DNA of 63,926 nt, the filler included, from Octopus bimaculoides (taxonomy: Eukaryota): the NCBI RefSeq assembly GCF_001194135.2. It is 8 parts of 8 records of this genome, joined end to end, with 100 filler letters (N's around TTAATTAATTAA, not from the genome) between each part and the next. Parts side by side here need not be neighbours in the genome. Positions count along the whole stretch, not along the records: positions 36,721 to 46,997 come from NC_068983.1; positions 47,098 to 52,026 come from NC_068994.1; 6 more parts are not named here. The stretch is one strand, 5' to 3'. How positions within the stretch are numbered: the first letter of the stretch is position 1; every line of letters starts with the position of its first letter. Below are positions 38,715 to 50,723 of the stretch, piece by piece. The position numbers and the translations under genes were made by a program. Under the pieces are notes generated by a model. It worked only from the letters and a program-made list of their open reading frames with translations. It was not told the origin of the DNA and did not search any database.

Positions 38715-41700
38715 ATCTAAACAAATATTCAACACACACACACACANNNNNNNNNNNNNNNNNNNNNNNNNNNNNNNNNNNNNNNNNNNNNNNNNNNNNN
38801 NNNNNNNNNNNNNNNNNNNNNNNNNNNNNNNNNNNNNNNNNNNNNNNNNNNNNNNNNNNNNNNNNNNNNNNNNNNNNNNNNNNNNNNNNNNNNNNNNNNN
38901 NNNNNNNNNNNNNNNNNNNNNNNNNNNNNNNNNNNNNNNNNNNNNNNNNNNNNNNNNNNNNNNNNNNNNNNNNNNNNNNNNNNNNNNNNNNNNNNNNNNN
39001 NNNNNNNNNNNNNNNNNNNNNNNNNNNNNNNNNNNNNNNNNNNNNNNNNNNNNNNNNNNNNNNNNNNNNNNNNNNNNNNNNNNNNNNNNNNNNNNNNNNN
39101 NNNNNNNNNNNNNNNNNNNNNNNNNNNNNNNNNNNNNNNNNNNNNNNNNNNNNNNNNNNNNNNNNNNNNNNNNNNNNNNNNNNNNNNNNNNNNNNNNNNN
39201 NNNNNNNNNNNNNNNNNNNNNNNNNNNNNNNNNNNNNNNNNNNNNNNNTATATATATATATATATATATTCATGCAAGTCAAGCTGGGCCGAGTTTGTGA
39301 CTAGCATGAATATTTGAATATTTCGTGTGCCTGTAAAAGATATATAGACGTAATGTTTTGACTGTTTGAGTTTAAGAATGGAATGAGATTCTTTAAAATA
39401 TATTTACTTGGCTTTCACTGAAAGTGTTTAAGAAATATACCAGAATATTGGATAGACTGAATAAACATATATCAGACAAATAAATTGTTATAAACTATTG
39501 TGAAAATGCTCGCCAGTCGTGTTATAGAATATCATGTATACCAAGGGGATTTATTTTCATTCACTATTCTCTTGTTTAATATATAATAGGCTATAAATAA
39601 AGAATGAAATCTGTCACAGTTCTTAGTAAACGCAAAAGTAATAGATGTAGACCAACGGGTTATTTATAACGAATAATGTACCTTGGCATAAAGATACAAT
39701 ATAAAAGTTTCACTTGGTTTGTGAAAATGATTGTTACGGAAAAAATCAATTACATCGGATATTATATTGCCTTTTATCGTGATGCTTGATTAAAGATCAT
39801 ATGTGAATAATTATAAGAAATCTGAAATATCGAATTCTTCAAAACAACGCAGTGCAAAAGCCAGCCAAATTTCACACTGAGATTTCCGCCTTCATTTTTA
39901 GTATTTATTTTACGAATGGTTTTGTAAATAAAAACTGAGCTTCCTCTATCTTTAGCTGGAAATCAGTCCCGAGTGTTTATTAGAGACAAGATAATGAGAT
40001 TTTGAAATCTTCAACATACAATACTTGCGAGATTTATTATTCGGCTTCGTTTCGCAAAATAACCATTTGATATTTTTGAGCCTCCTAATTATTAAATTTG
40101 ACAAACTTGTGACATTGGTTCTAACGTGGGATCGAAATTAATGAAAATGCTGAGAGTATTTTGTTTTCGAAAATTTTTATATCAATCCACTCAATGATTT
40201 CGAACTATTCACCATTACCTGTTAAATAATATCTTTAGTAGTAAGTCGAGTCAAGTGGTTATTCATTCCAGTTTTACTATTACAGCGGAATCATACTGTT
40301 CGGCTCTATTCACATTTATCTCGTACTAAATATGGTAGAGGTTGATATTCGTAAAGACTTCTTAGAGAAATTGGGAGATTTGGCAATCGAACGACAATAG
40401 TATCTAAAATCAAACTGGCTAAAACAAGGGGTTTTTTTTTTCCTTTGTATCTTTTAGTTAGAGACTGAAGCCGGGTAATAACATTAGTATTTTTTTCAAA
40501 GTGGTAAATGTAATGCTATCCTAATTTGGAGAATTTTTTTATCTGGAATATATTTGCTAATTGATTCCAATATTCGTTTTAGCTGAGTTTCATGCGTCTA
40601 TTGTTAGATAGCACTTCCTTTTGATGTATTTTACTCACATATGAGGTTTCTTTCTTATCGCACCGTTTTCCGATTTTAACTTCAATTTTAAAATCCTCGC
40701 CTAAACCAAATCTCTTTAAATTTTATATTACCTCTATTCCGCATACTACAGATCTCTTTAGTTACATGTGGTAATTCAGTTACACCTTATTCATAAGAGA
40801 CCGTAATTTATCTGCCTGAGTTTTTATCAAAGGAACTCTCTTATATTCAACAATATAGTGAGTATATTGTTTTAAATATTTTACTAAAATGATCTGAAGT
40901 TCGTTTTATTTTTTTACTAGAATAATTTTAAAGTAAATATACGATTTAATCTTATATATTCATTTGCTTTGAAAGTTATCGTATTAACACATATTTTGAG
41001 GATATATATATGACATTATTGCAAGCTAATTATTTAAGATTCGAAACAAAATTATCTATTAGGGTCCTTTAGTCACCTAGACAGGACAATCTTACAACTT
41101 TTTAATTGCTTCTTCGTCATAGTTTCCGTATAAGTAAAGAAGAAAATTTATATTTTTATTCGAAATATTTATCACCTCTCTCCTAATTATTTCTATTCAA
41201 GGTTATGAATATTTTATGAATTAAAAAAAATAAAAAATCTTTTAATGGTGTTATATACCTTTTAATAGTGATATATAGTTAATGAAAACCGTTATACATT
41301 TATTTTACTGAAATCAAATACTTCACATAGAGTAGATAACTGTTTTATAAATGTAGTTTTCTAATATCACAGTGCTCTTTTTATTTTTTTTCTGCTTATT
41401 TATATCTTTGGTAAATGTTTTTTATTTGTTTCAGTCATGGGACTGCAGCCATGCTGGAGTACACCTTTGGCGGGCTTAGTCGAACAAATCGACCCTATTA
41501 CTTATTATATCGGTCTTTCTTTGCCGAATTGCCAAGTCACGGGGACGTAAACAAACCAACACTGGTTGCCAAGTGATGTAGAGACAGACTCAAAAGCAAA
41601 GACACGCACATACATGTTATAACAGCATTCACTCAGAATGGTATATATATATATATNNNNNNNNNNNNNNNNNNNNNNNNNNNNNNNNNNNNNNNNNNNN

Positions 41701-42994
41701 NNNNNNNNNNNNNNNNNNNNNNNNNNNNNNNNNNNNNNNNNNNNNNNNNNNNNNNNNNNNNNNNNNNNNNNNNNNNNNNNNNNNNNNNNNNNNNNNNNNN
41801 NNNNNNNNNNNNNNNNNNNNNNNNNNNNNNNNNNNNNNNNNNNNNNNNNNNNNNNNNNNNNNNNNNNNNNNNNNNNNNNNNNNNNNNNNNNNNNNNNNNN
41901 NNNNNNNNNNNNNNNNNNNNNNNNNNNNNNNNNNNNNNNNNNNNNNNNNNNNNNNNNNNNNNNNNNNNNNNNNNNNNNNNNNNNNNNNNNNNNNNNNNNN
42001 NNNNNNNNNNNNNNNNNNNNNNNNNNNNNNNNNNNNNNNNNNNNNNNNNNNNNNNNNNNNNNNNNNNNNNNNNNNNNNNNNNNNNNNNNNNNNNNNNNNN
42101 NNNNNNNNNNNNNNNNNNNNNNNNNNNNNNNNNNNNNNNNNNNNNNNNNNNNNNNNNNNNNNNNNNNNNNNNNNNNNNNNNNNNNNNNNNNNNNNNNNNN
42201 NNNNNNNNNNNNNNNNNNNNNNNNNNNNNNNNNNNNNNNNNNNNNNNNNNNNNNNNNNNNNNNNNNNNNNNNNNNNNNNNNCCTCCACAGGATCAACATG
42301 ACTTCTTGGTCTCTTGTCTTGAAAGACATTTGTGTGTGTGTGTATGGATATATGTATGTATGTACGTTCGTATGTATGTTTGTATGTATGTATGAATTCG
42401 TGTGTGCATGTATGAATAAATATATGAACATTATCCATGCATAGATGGGCACATATATATGAATACATATATATATAAATAAATGTATATATAAACATGT
42501 GTGCGTATACATACATATATGCATGCATGCATGCATAGAAACATACATACATACATACATACATATATGCATGCATGCATACAAACATACATACATACAT
42601 ACATACATACATACATACATACATACATACATACATACATACACAGAAACATCACGACTGTGTTTTATATGACCATTTTTCGAACGAAATTTAAAGAACG
42701 GACCAGTGAACTGTTTTCAAGAGTATTCAGATATCAATAAGTTTTTCATCAGTTGCATAAGTAAGAGAGATTTGAAATGAACTTTAAAAGATATTTCATC
42801 GCCAGCAGATGCAAAGATATAAATCAGCCAATTAAATAACAAATGAATAACGCCGTCATAAATAACTGTACAATTCCTTCAAGTTATTTAAGACATATAC
42901 ATACAAACACACATACATTCAGATATACACGCATGCATACATACATACATGCATACAAACATACATATACATATAAACACACACACACACACAC

Positions 42995-43049
<55 letters not shown>

Positions 43050-43732
43050 NNNNNNNNNNNNNNNNNNNNNNNNNNNNNNNNNNNNNNNNNNNNNNNNNNN
43101 NNNNNNNNNNNNNNNNNNNNNNNNNNNNNNNNNNNNNNNNNNNNNNNNNNNNNNNNNNNNNNNNNNNNNNNNNNNNNNNNNNNNNNNNNNNNNNNNNNNN
43201 NNNNNNNNNNNNNNNNNNNNNNNNNNNNNNNNNNNNNNNNNNNNNNNNNNNNNNNNNNNNNNNNNNNNNNNNNNNNNNNNNNNNNNNNNNNNNNNNNNNN
43301 NNNNNNNNNNNNNNNNNNNNNNNNNNNNNNNNNNNNNNNNNNNNNNNNNNNNNNNNNNNNNNNNNNNNNNNNNNNNNNNNNNNNNNNNNNNNNNNNNNNN
43401 NNNNNNNNNNNNNNNNNNNNNNNNNNNNNNNNNNNNNNNNNNNNNNNNNNNNNNNNNNNNNNNNNNNNNNNNNNNNNNNNNNNNNNNNNNNNNNNNNNNN
43501 NNNNNNNNNNNNNNNNNNNNNNNNNNNNNNNNNNNNNNNNNNNNNNNNNNNNNNNNNNNNNNNNNNNNNNNNNNNNNNNNNNNNNNNNNNNNNNNNNATA
43601 TATATATAAACAAATTAAAAGGGTAAAGGATTATCAATTTATTAATTAATAAATCAATTAACAATTAACAATTTTTACCAAGCCCATCGGTATGAAAGCA
43701 CCATTATTGGTGGAGAACTTATTTAAAAGCTC

Positions 43733-43781
<49 letters not shown>

Positions 43782-44709
43782 TGTATATACATATACGGGG
43801 TGGGTGAGTAATTGTCTATTGCAAGGCATTCCATACCTCAATGTAGGTTTCATACGTCACTAAGATACAAATATCAAGTATTTTTATTTGGGCTGCGAAA
43901 AATAAAAATATCAGGCGGTGCTACTACGTACAGATAAAAATAAAGTTCTTGTTATAGTCGTCGGAGGTATTATAAAAAGTGTAGAGCGTGGCTTCAAATA
44001 GTTTATTGACAGAAAGCCACTACCTCGGTACAGAATTAACATTGAATTATTCATAGATTTTCAGTAACCCTAAACATCAAAATATCTTCAGAAACATATT
44101 CCATATTTTCGTTGTACCATTTGGCGAAACCATTGAACAATGTGTCATATAAACTTACTCTATGACAACGTGTAAGTCGCTCAATTGTTGCTCTTCTCTC
44201 GAGAAATGGCTGCACAAGTCTCCCTCATATCATATCCCATCCCCTTAAAATTATGAAGGACGCAATGTAAAATGTAGTCCATTGTACACAGTTAGAATTG
44301 AAACGGGATTATTGAGGCTAGGGTTCTTTTGATCAGGATGTGTCTTCTGGATCAGGACTAAACTTCTACAAATCAACCACGACATTATAAAATTTTAAGG
44401 AAAAGCACGATCTCAACCAGCAGGTGTCATTATTTATTCTTTAAATAAGTATGTCTACATGTATACGCGCGCGCACGCACACACACACACACATACACAC
44501 ACACACACATACATACATTTATCTAATAACACTTTGAATCAACTCCACATTACTGAAGTTTTTGCGGGCATAGAACACATTTACATTATCAGATGAGGTT
44601 GACTTGTTCTACAGCTCAGAAACTTCAAGTAATCTGGAGTTCAGTCAAACATGTAACTCGTACCAAATGTGTTAAATTCTACTTCTGTTTGTTTACTCAC
44701 TAGTATATA

Positions 44710-44790
<81 letters not shown>

Positions 44791-45029
44791 GTGTGTGCGC
44801 GTGTTAGTATGTGTGTGTGTTAGTATGGGTGTGAGTTAGTATGTGTGTATATGCGCGCGCATGTATTGTGTGTTGTGTGATAATTCGTTAAGTCGCTATT
44901 TGAAGCTTTTTACTTGTTTGCGTTCATTTAGACGGTGTGCAATCAAAAGTCAGAATAGCGGGAAGATAGATCATCAGTTTGAAAGAATACACACCCATAC
45001 ACTCACTGACACACACCCATACACTCACT

Positions 45030-45087
<58 letters not shown>

Positions 45088-45241
45088 TACATACATACAC
45101 ACATACATTCACATACAATACACATACATGCACATATACATATATCTATGCGTTTAAAATGGCTCATTGAAAAAACGTACACACTCACACACGCACATCT
45201 CGCTCAGACATTTAAGATTGAATTTAATCTTTGTAACCTAC

Positions 45242-45533
45242 CTTGAGGCTTTGTAAGTAAACTTGTCTGGTTATCCAGTTTTGCTTCCATTCTGGTTAAA
45301 TCAGCTATAAGACGATGTTCGACGAGTCCTGTGTGGTTTTCTAAAATTGTATCGAGTACATTGAAGTAAACACGAAGTCGTACTTCTACAGCTTCTGCGA
45401 TAACGTCAACTAGTTGCCCTATACTGACGACGTTGCGTGGTCGACGGTCTAACACCCCTCTCACATACTGGCTTCCTCCTGTGGATGTTAAGATATATAC
45501 TGTAAAGGTTACCCACCACAGAAAACGGTACAT
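45242..45533 (-). CDS. First coding exon of an unidentified secreted protein (signal peptide plus helical/coiled-coil-like segment)
   Basis: AAAATG start at 45533; 97 codons MYRFLWWVTFTVYILTSTGGS-QYVRGVLDRRPRNVVSIGQLVDVIAEAVEVRLRVYFNVLDTILENHTGLVEHRLIADLTRMEAKLDNQTSLLTKPQ; donor CAAG|GTAGGT at 45242/1 (phase 1); N-glycosylation sequons NHT and NQT. Non-repetitive composition. Confidence 0.72.
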
Positions 45534-46956
45534 TTTATTGCCGTCGTTCAAATGTCGGTTGCTTGTTATGTTGTTCTTATGTGTATCTTGTGTTTAGTTA
45601 ATAGCTTTAGAGTCATACGTTTCTCAGTAAATTATTGGGGAATTAGCAGCTTAAGAAATCTCAGTACCGAAATTCGTTTATCAATAATGTTATTGGTGCT
45701 TTTGTTTAAAAGTTTTCAAAATCTTTTGTCTTGATTAACGTCATTCATATTACACGATGCCATGGAGATTTGTTTGAGGCCTAAAACGTAACATACACTT
45801 CTTTTTTCCTTTCTCCTCCATTCATTTGAGTAGTTAACGAAGCTAGTCAAACACACCTTATGAAAATTTGTTTTCAATATAATTTAGAGATCATCCAGAG
45901 ACTTTGCACTTAGCCACATAGGTAAATTTTCATAAAGATAAATCTTTGGTTTTTCATCAGGTTTTTCCATCCAGAAAAATGTCTTTTTGGTATAGTTTTA
46001 ATTGATCAGTTCATAGCAATTATTAAAACAAAATAGAAGTATAATAAATAAGGGCAACAGGGACATTAGACAGTAGACCTTTTGTTGTTGTTGTTGTTTC
46101 AAATTTTTCCTTGGAAAAACTGTATTTGTTTAGGTAAAACTGAAAGCTCGTAATTTAAGAAAGGTAATAATCGCTCAAAGTATCATTTCATTATGATGCT
46201 AATTAGATTTCGTCATCTCCCATTCAAACTATAATTTGAGGAACGTATCGTTTAAGAAGTAATTAAATAGAATTCTTCAGCTGGAGAATAATCTTATTTT
46301 GTTAAAGCAACAAATTGAAAATCTTTGATAGTCGTTTGAATAAGGATTATTCCAAGGACATTGTATTTTGCCAGAACTGCATTGTTTGTTACTCTCCTGG
46401 TATTTGAATTCAGAATTTTAGCCCGAAATATCAAAAGAGTTCATTCAGAAGGAAATTCTTTGAGCTTTTATGAAAAAGCATTTACTATCATAATTATATA
46501 TTGTGGCACCACGTCGTTGTAATTGATCTATTTTTACTTTATGTACGTCGATGATTCTAATTAAAAAGTCACGTTTTATCACATTCGAAAGTTTCTTTCT
46601 ATTTTTCCTTCATGAACATAGTTCGCGATGGCAATAAAGTTCCTGTGAGATAAAATTCACCAAACATAGACGATGTTAAACCAAGAAAACATTGTTCTTT
46701 CCAAGGATAACTGAGGTTGTGCTTCAAGTTTCTGTCAGACAATTATTTGTTTTCAATAATGTACCCACCTTGCGACTGTCATTTAACCAACTACCCAATG
46801 CCCTGTTAAAAGACCTACCCACCTGGTAAGGGGCTAAAGACTTCCTTTACAACCAATAAATGTAACGTACATTTCATCAGACTCCTCCTCTTCTTTCCAT
46901 TTCCCCCTCTTTCTCCCTCACTATGTACATTCGTGTGTGTGTGTGTGTGTAGTGTA

Positions 46957-46997
<41 letters not shown>

Positions 46998-47097
46998 NNN
47001 NNNNNNNNNNNNNNNNNNNNNNNNNNNNNNNNNNNNNNNNNTTAATTAATTAANNNNNNNNNNNNNNNNNNNNNNNNNNNNNNNNNNNNNNNNNNNN

Positions 47098-47370
47098 ACC
47101 ATATGATGAGACACCTGCAGAACCAGGTAACTTTTATCGAAACATAACATATAAATGTAATTACCTTTATTACTGTAGGACAATATATAATGTTATGCTT
47201 AGTGTAATATGAGATCAATGTTTCTGTCTTTATATATTGGAGTTGTTATATTGAAATGTAATTTGTGTTTGTATATTTGATATTTTGCAGAATATACCAA
47301 TGACAATCCAGTTGCAGCCACAATACTAAAGGGACAACAAATACAAGATACCTATCTACAGCCAACATAG
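47098..47370 (+). CDS. Two 3'-terminal coding exons (47098-47126 and 47291-47370) of a gene whose body lies in or before the gap; possibly a protocadherin cytoplasmic tail
   Basis: Donor CCAG|GTAACT at 47126/7 and acceptor tattttgcag| at 47290 are phase-1 compatible, giving PYDETPAEP-EYTNDNPVAATILKGQQIQDTYLQPT* (TAG 47368-47370). AT-rich UTR-like sequence follows, with AATAAA near 47852. Confidence 0.6.
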
Positions 47371-48419
47371 TAGATGTTCCATGACTATTGTTAACTGATT
47401 CTCTCACACACCAAATCTTATACAATACTTTATATTCATATAAAAATATCAACTCTATGTTTCTTTCATACATCACACATAAAAGGCCTTACTGTGGCAT
47501 TTATTATGACCCCCAATTTGTAGCAATGATACATTAAATACTACAAGCAACTTACTTTACATTTCCAACATTCATTATTATGAAATAGTTCTCTTCCTCT
47601 CAGTCTTAGTATATACATTTCACTAAACATATACAACTTAATCTGAGTCATTCTCCGAAGTTTAGTTATAGAATTTTTATCTTGATACAAATTTTACCAT
47701 TTAATAATATCGTACTCACTTTTACCATTGTTTTATTTTATTTGCATTTCCTCTTTTGTTCACACCACTTTATCTTTTATGTTCAATGTATATTAGATTT
47801 TATTGATCAATACCAGCATAGATGGATAAGTGTTGATTCCCACAACATCCAATAAAGTGTTGTCACCTATATTGGTAACATACTAAACTTACCGACATAT
47901 TTATAAAGTTTTTTTATGTATTAAAATTTAAATTTTTTATATTTTATGAAATATGACATAAAAAATATCGGAATATCATGTCTTTTTAAAATGGAAATAG
48001 TTTGGCTTCTCTTAATTTACTTTCCTTCCAGTTTCTCTAATCATGTGAACTTCTTAAATAATTATGTTTGTTGACTTATTCTAAAATCGATTTGTTTCTG
48101 ATAGAAATCTCGAATATGTATTCTTATAGTCAAGTTTATAATAATCCATCAAATATCAAGAAATATTATTATAAATATATATAAATCTTATTTCCTAACA
48201 TTTAAATATGTAATGTAGAATTTTTATTAAAAAGAAAAAGTGATGTTGCTTCTGTTTAACATGACTTCTCTTATTTGATGTGTTTGTGTGACACAGACAA
48301 TATTGCAATAATTTCCTATTGGATGAGAGAGATTTTCTAGATTTCTTTGAATATTGAAAGTGAGGCTGATAGCTTTTTTCTTTGTTCATCATACACACAA
48401 TTGTGTGTGTGTGTGTGGA

Positions 48420-48694
48420 GGACATAGAGTTGTAACTAGCACACACCAGCATCTGGCTAACATCTCACCTCCCACTACATACAGCAACTGTCACACTATT
48501 ATATCAGCAGTTACACAGGAACACCACCACCACTATAACAACAGCAGTAGCAGCAGTAACACAGGAACACTACTACAACAGCAGCAGTACCACTATAATA
48601 CCACTACAGCAGCAGCAGCAGTTAGAGTGGAACACTACAGCAGGATACACATCATCCATCACACACAACTACAGTGAAGGATTAAACAATGCAG
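48420..48694 (+). other. Putative non-coding 5' exon of the protocadherin (start coordinate approximate)
   Basis: CAG/CAC/CTA-rich segment ending in a consensus donor GCAG|GTAAGT (intron 48695-50685), 2 kb upstream of the Pcdh acceptor. Pairing with that acceptor is inferred. Confidence 0.6.
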
Positions 48695-49291
48695 GTAAGT
48701 CTATCTCTCTCTTTATTATCTTTTCATATTCATTATAACATTTATATTATATGTGTTTCTAATGAAAGACAGGGTAAGGATAATATCTAAAGTGTCTGCC
48801 ATGTTGTATATATATATATACACAGGGACTGGAACAGTGGAGGATCGAGAGATCTAGCCATCACTTCCACCATTAACAACAACTGCAGTCATTGTAATAC
48901 AATTACTTCAAACTGCATCTTTTAATGTCAGAATCACACAAGACAACATTATACAAGATATATTAAACTATATATATTGCTAAAATATGTTTTACATATA
49001 GTATTGATATAATATTGTCCAAACTAGGTGCATATATATTTAACTGTCAGAAATCATTAGATTGATAGCAAATAAGTGTAGGGGTTAATGATTTAAATCA
49101 ATATAGTTTATATCTGTTTTGTTGTAAAAATTCAATTGCTTTAATTAACTGAAATCGACTACTAATATCATCATCATCATCATATATATGTATGTAGGTA
49201 GATAGATAGATAGACAGATAGAGATATACTCTGTTAAATATCCATTATATTTTTTTTCTATATGATACATTAAGAATGTTTCATTATTATT

Positions 49292-49505
49292 GAGGCAGTG
49301 AGCTGGCAGAATTGTTAGCACACCAAGTAAAATGCTTAGCAGCTTTCATTTGTCTTCATGTTCTAGGTTCAAACTTTACTATGATTGACTTTACCTTTCA
49401 TCCTTTCGGGGTTGATAAAATAAATGTCAGTGAAACATTGGGATCGATGTAATCGACTAGCCCCACTCCCCCAAATTTCAGTCCTTATGCCTATAGTAGA
49501 CAGGA
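49292..49505 (+). mobile_element. tRNA-derived SINE family B (Meta-like central domain), in the Pcdh intron
   Basis: GGCAGTGAGCTGGCAGAATTGTTAGC...GGTTCAAAC...GACTTTACCTTTCATCCTTTCGGGGTTGATAAAATAA; ends in (ATT)n. Other copies: 2583-2722(-), 23540-23745, 25075-25285, 29030-29195, 62375-62540, 62991-63130. Confidence 0.8.
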
Positions 49506-50080
49506 TTATTATTATTATTATTATTATTGTCATCATTCAGATGACAATAAATATAGTATAGTGTAGATTTGTTATTTAGTGTGAGATATAAACTGATGAT
49601 ATTGTCATGTGTTGTGAAGATATATTAACTCTCTGACAACAATCGATGAATGTTGAGAATTGATCAGAAATATATCACCGTCTTTCTACAAACTAACATA
49701 CATCACATCATTATAGTTGTTCTTCATTAAATATAATGTAAAAAAAATATTTTTTATGTATAAAATCTATGTGTTGTATGTAAATAGGGATTAAATAAAT
49801 TTTATTACAATTAATTCAATAAGAAAGAGTTCTACATATTTTATGAAGATAATTAATACATATTTTTCCATCAACAACATTCACTCCATCATTCTATGAT
49901 CCTCATCTTTGTATCTAGTTAAAAATATCTTTGTAAAATATTTCCACATAAATTTATAAAGTATTCTGTCTTTGTTATTAATACGACTGTTAAGTCTTTA
50001 TAATTATTTTTATCAACATATTTTCAACATTTTATTACATTTAAAGTTTAATATAAAATATTCTTGTAAAATATTGGTTA

Positions 50081-50121
50081 AACGTTTCGGCTGGTATACC
50101 CTCCAGCCTTCATCAGGTGTC
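50081..50121 (-). ncRNA. Minimal type I hammerhead ribozyme motif (core intact, stem I 3' strand lost)
   Basis: GACAC-CTGATGA-A-GGCTGG-AGGGTATA-CCAGCC-GAAAC-GTT: conserved core, perfect 6-bp stem II, palindromic AACGTT stem III. Confidence 0.65.
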
Positions 50122-50242
50122 TTGGGGAAAGAAGGCTGGAGAGTATAACAGCCAAAACATTGTGTTAACAACAAAGATGGGGACAAATATCCGTCAAATG
50201 TAAATAATGTACATAATTCCTCATCTCTTAAATATAGAACTG
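50081..50242. mobile_element. Same composite family, inverted fragment pair in the Pcdh intron
   Basis: Minus-strand hammerhead block 50081-50130 abuts a plus-strand block 50131-50242 that ends cttaaatatagaactg|TA. Confidence 0.8.
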
Positions 50243-50723
50243 TATAAACCATAAGCTGTTAAGAATATAGATTTAGAAACCATGGCAAGTGAAGCATGTT
50301 CCACTGCCTACGTGTAGGAAGGTAGCCACTCCAACTGGTTTCATTACCTTTCGGAGAAAAATACTTGACTGAATTCTATCAATATATATTTTTAATTCAA
50401 CATCGAATTTCTAGCAGTTCTATATTGAAACTATCATGGAATGTCAAGAACTTTGGTCTTTACTGTTCCCTGGTTTTTCTTTCCTGTCATCCATTTGGCC
50501 ACCACATCACACCCAAGATGTAACTGTCTTCAGAAGAGAAAAGTTGACACATTTTAAATAGTTCTGATGAGTCTAATAGTATATATTTGAAGATGAAAAT
50601 AATATTTACAAAGTAGTTTTTGCTTTTATGTCATATTTTGTTTTAATTCTACATAAGCTTTAAATATTTCTTTTGTCTTTTGTAGACATTTCTCCTGCTA
50701 AAGTGTGATGAAGAATTCCAGAC

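Noticed and set aside
40639-40700. Candidate exon 2 for the 45.5-kb secreted protein (GEDFKIEVKIGKRCDKKETSY, minus strand)
   Set aside because: Phase fits and the donor is good, but the acceptor lacks a pyrimidine tract and no compatible following exon was found; likely chance.
50563-50600. CTGATGA near the Pcdh acceptor as another hammerhead
   Set aside because: No stem II and no properly placed GAAA.
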